From Lama glama (taxonomy: Eukaryota), in NCBI GenBank assembly GCA_028534125.1, contig CM052818.1:22632001-22696000 (forward strand): DNA of 64,000 nucleotides, given 5' to 3'. The notes under the pieces were generated by a model. That model did no database searches and was not told where the DNA came from. It saw only the letters and a program-made list of their open reading frames with translations. Shown piece after piece: positions 63,428-64,000 of this stretch. A program made the position numbers and the translations under genes. How positions within the stretch are numbered: position 1 is the stretch's first letter; every line of letters begins with the position of its first letter.

Positions 63428-64000
63428 TGTAGCATTATTTTGGCAACTGCTGATACCCATATATATTCAATACTAACTACTGATTTGCTCAAGTTAGGAT
63501 TTTACAAAAACTTTACATATGTAAGTCCAGAACAAATTACAGCATTCAGAACATCAAATCTATTTTTAAATTAATGAGCATATTTTTATTTTCAAACAGA
63601 AATATAAATTCTTATGAATAAACCTCAAACCATGATCATGGCAAAAAATTTTATATGTGACAAGTATGCCACCCATTGTAAGTTTTTGCTTCAATGCATA
63701 GTACTCAAAACAAAATGCCTCATTCATAATCAGATCTGTTAAGACTTAGTTGTCATTCATGGAAATCAATCTACAAGACAACCAGAGCCATGTTCTTACG
63801 TGTACTCATTCCTTTCCATTACTATCATAAGAAAACTACAGGGGCGGCAGACAACAGTAACCACATGGCCCTAAATGTCATTACAAACTTACCATGAGCA
63901 TAACTGTGGGCTCCTGCCCTCGCCCCCGGCCGTGATTCTAGACACAAGCCAAATATATGATACAACTGTGTGAAGACACCAGTGAACAAGCTGCACTGCA

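Overview
Mammalian genomic DNA, probably a camelid (one Vic-1-like tRNA-derived SINE, a cetartiodactyl-type L1 3' end, no recognisable Alu/B1/Bov-tA/PRE-1). It is the conserved HAAO-OXER1-MTA3 block (human 2p21 synteny). + strand: the last six coding exons of HAAO (357-3576) and single-exon OXER1 (6135-7247). - strand: the last nine coding exons of MTA3 (59603 down to 17505), with alternative 3' ends. Introns hold old MIR, L2, L1, ERVL-class and MER58-like repeats and a 500-N gap flanked by an exact 199-bp duplication. I found no convincing novel biological system. The best oddities are an apparent 1-bp deletion shortening the OXER1 C-tail, loss of the human upstream OXER1 start, a GC-AG intron in HAAO, a NAGNAG acceptor and several possible C-termini in MTA3, a fossil ERVL pol, a rearranged L1 and an enhancer-like motif cluster. 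Comparisons with human proteins and repeat consensuses are from memory and need confirming by alignment; repeat boundaries are approximate.
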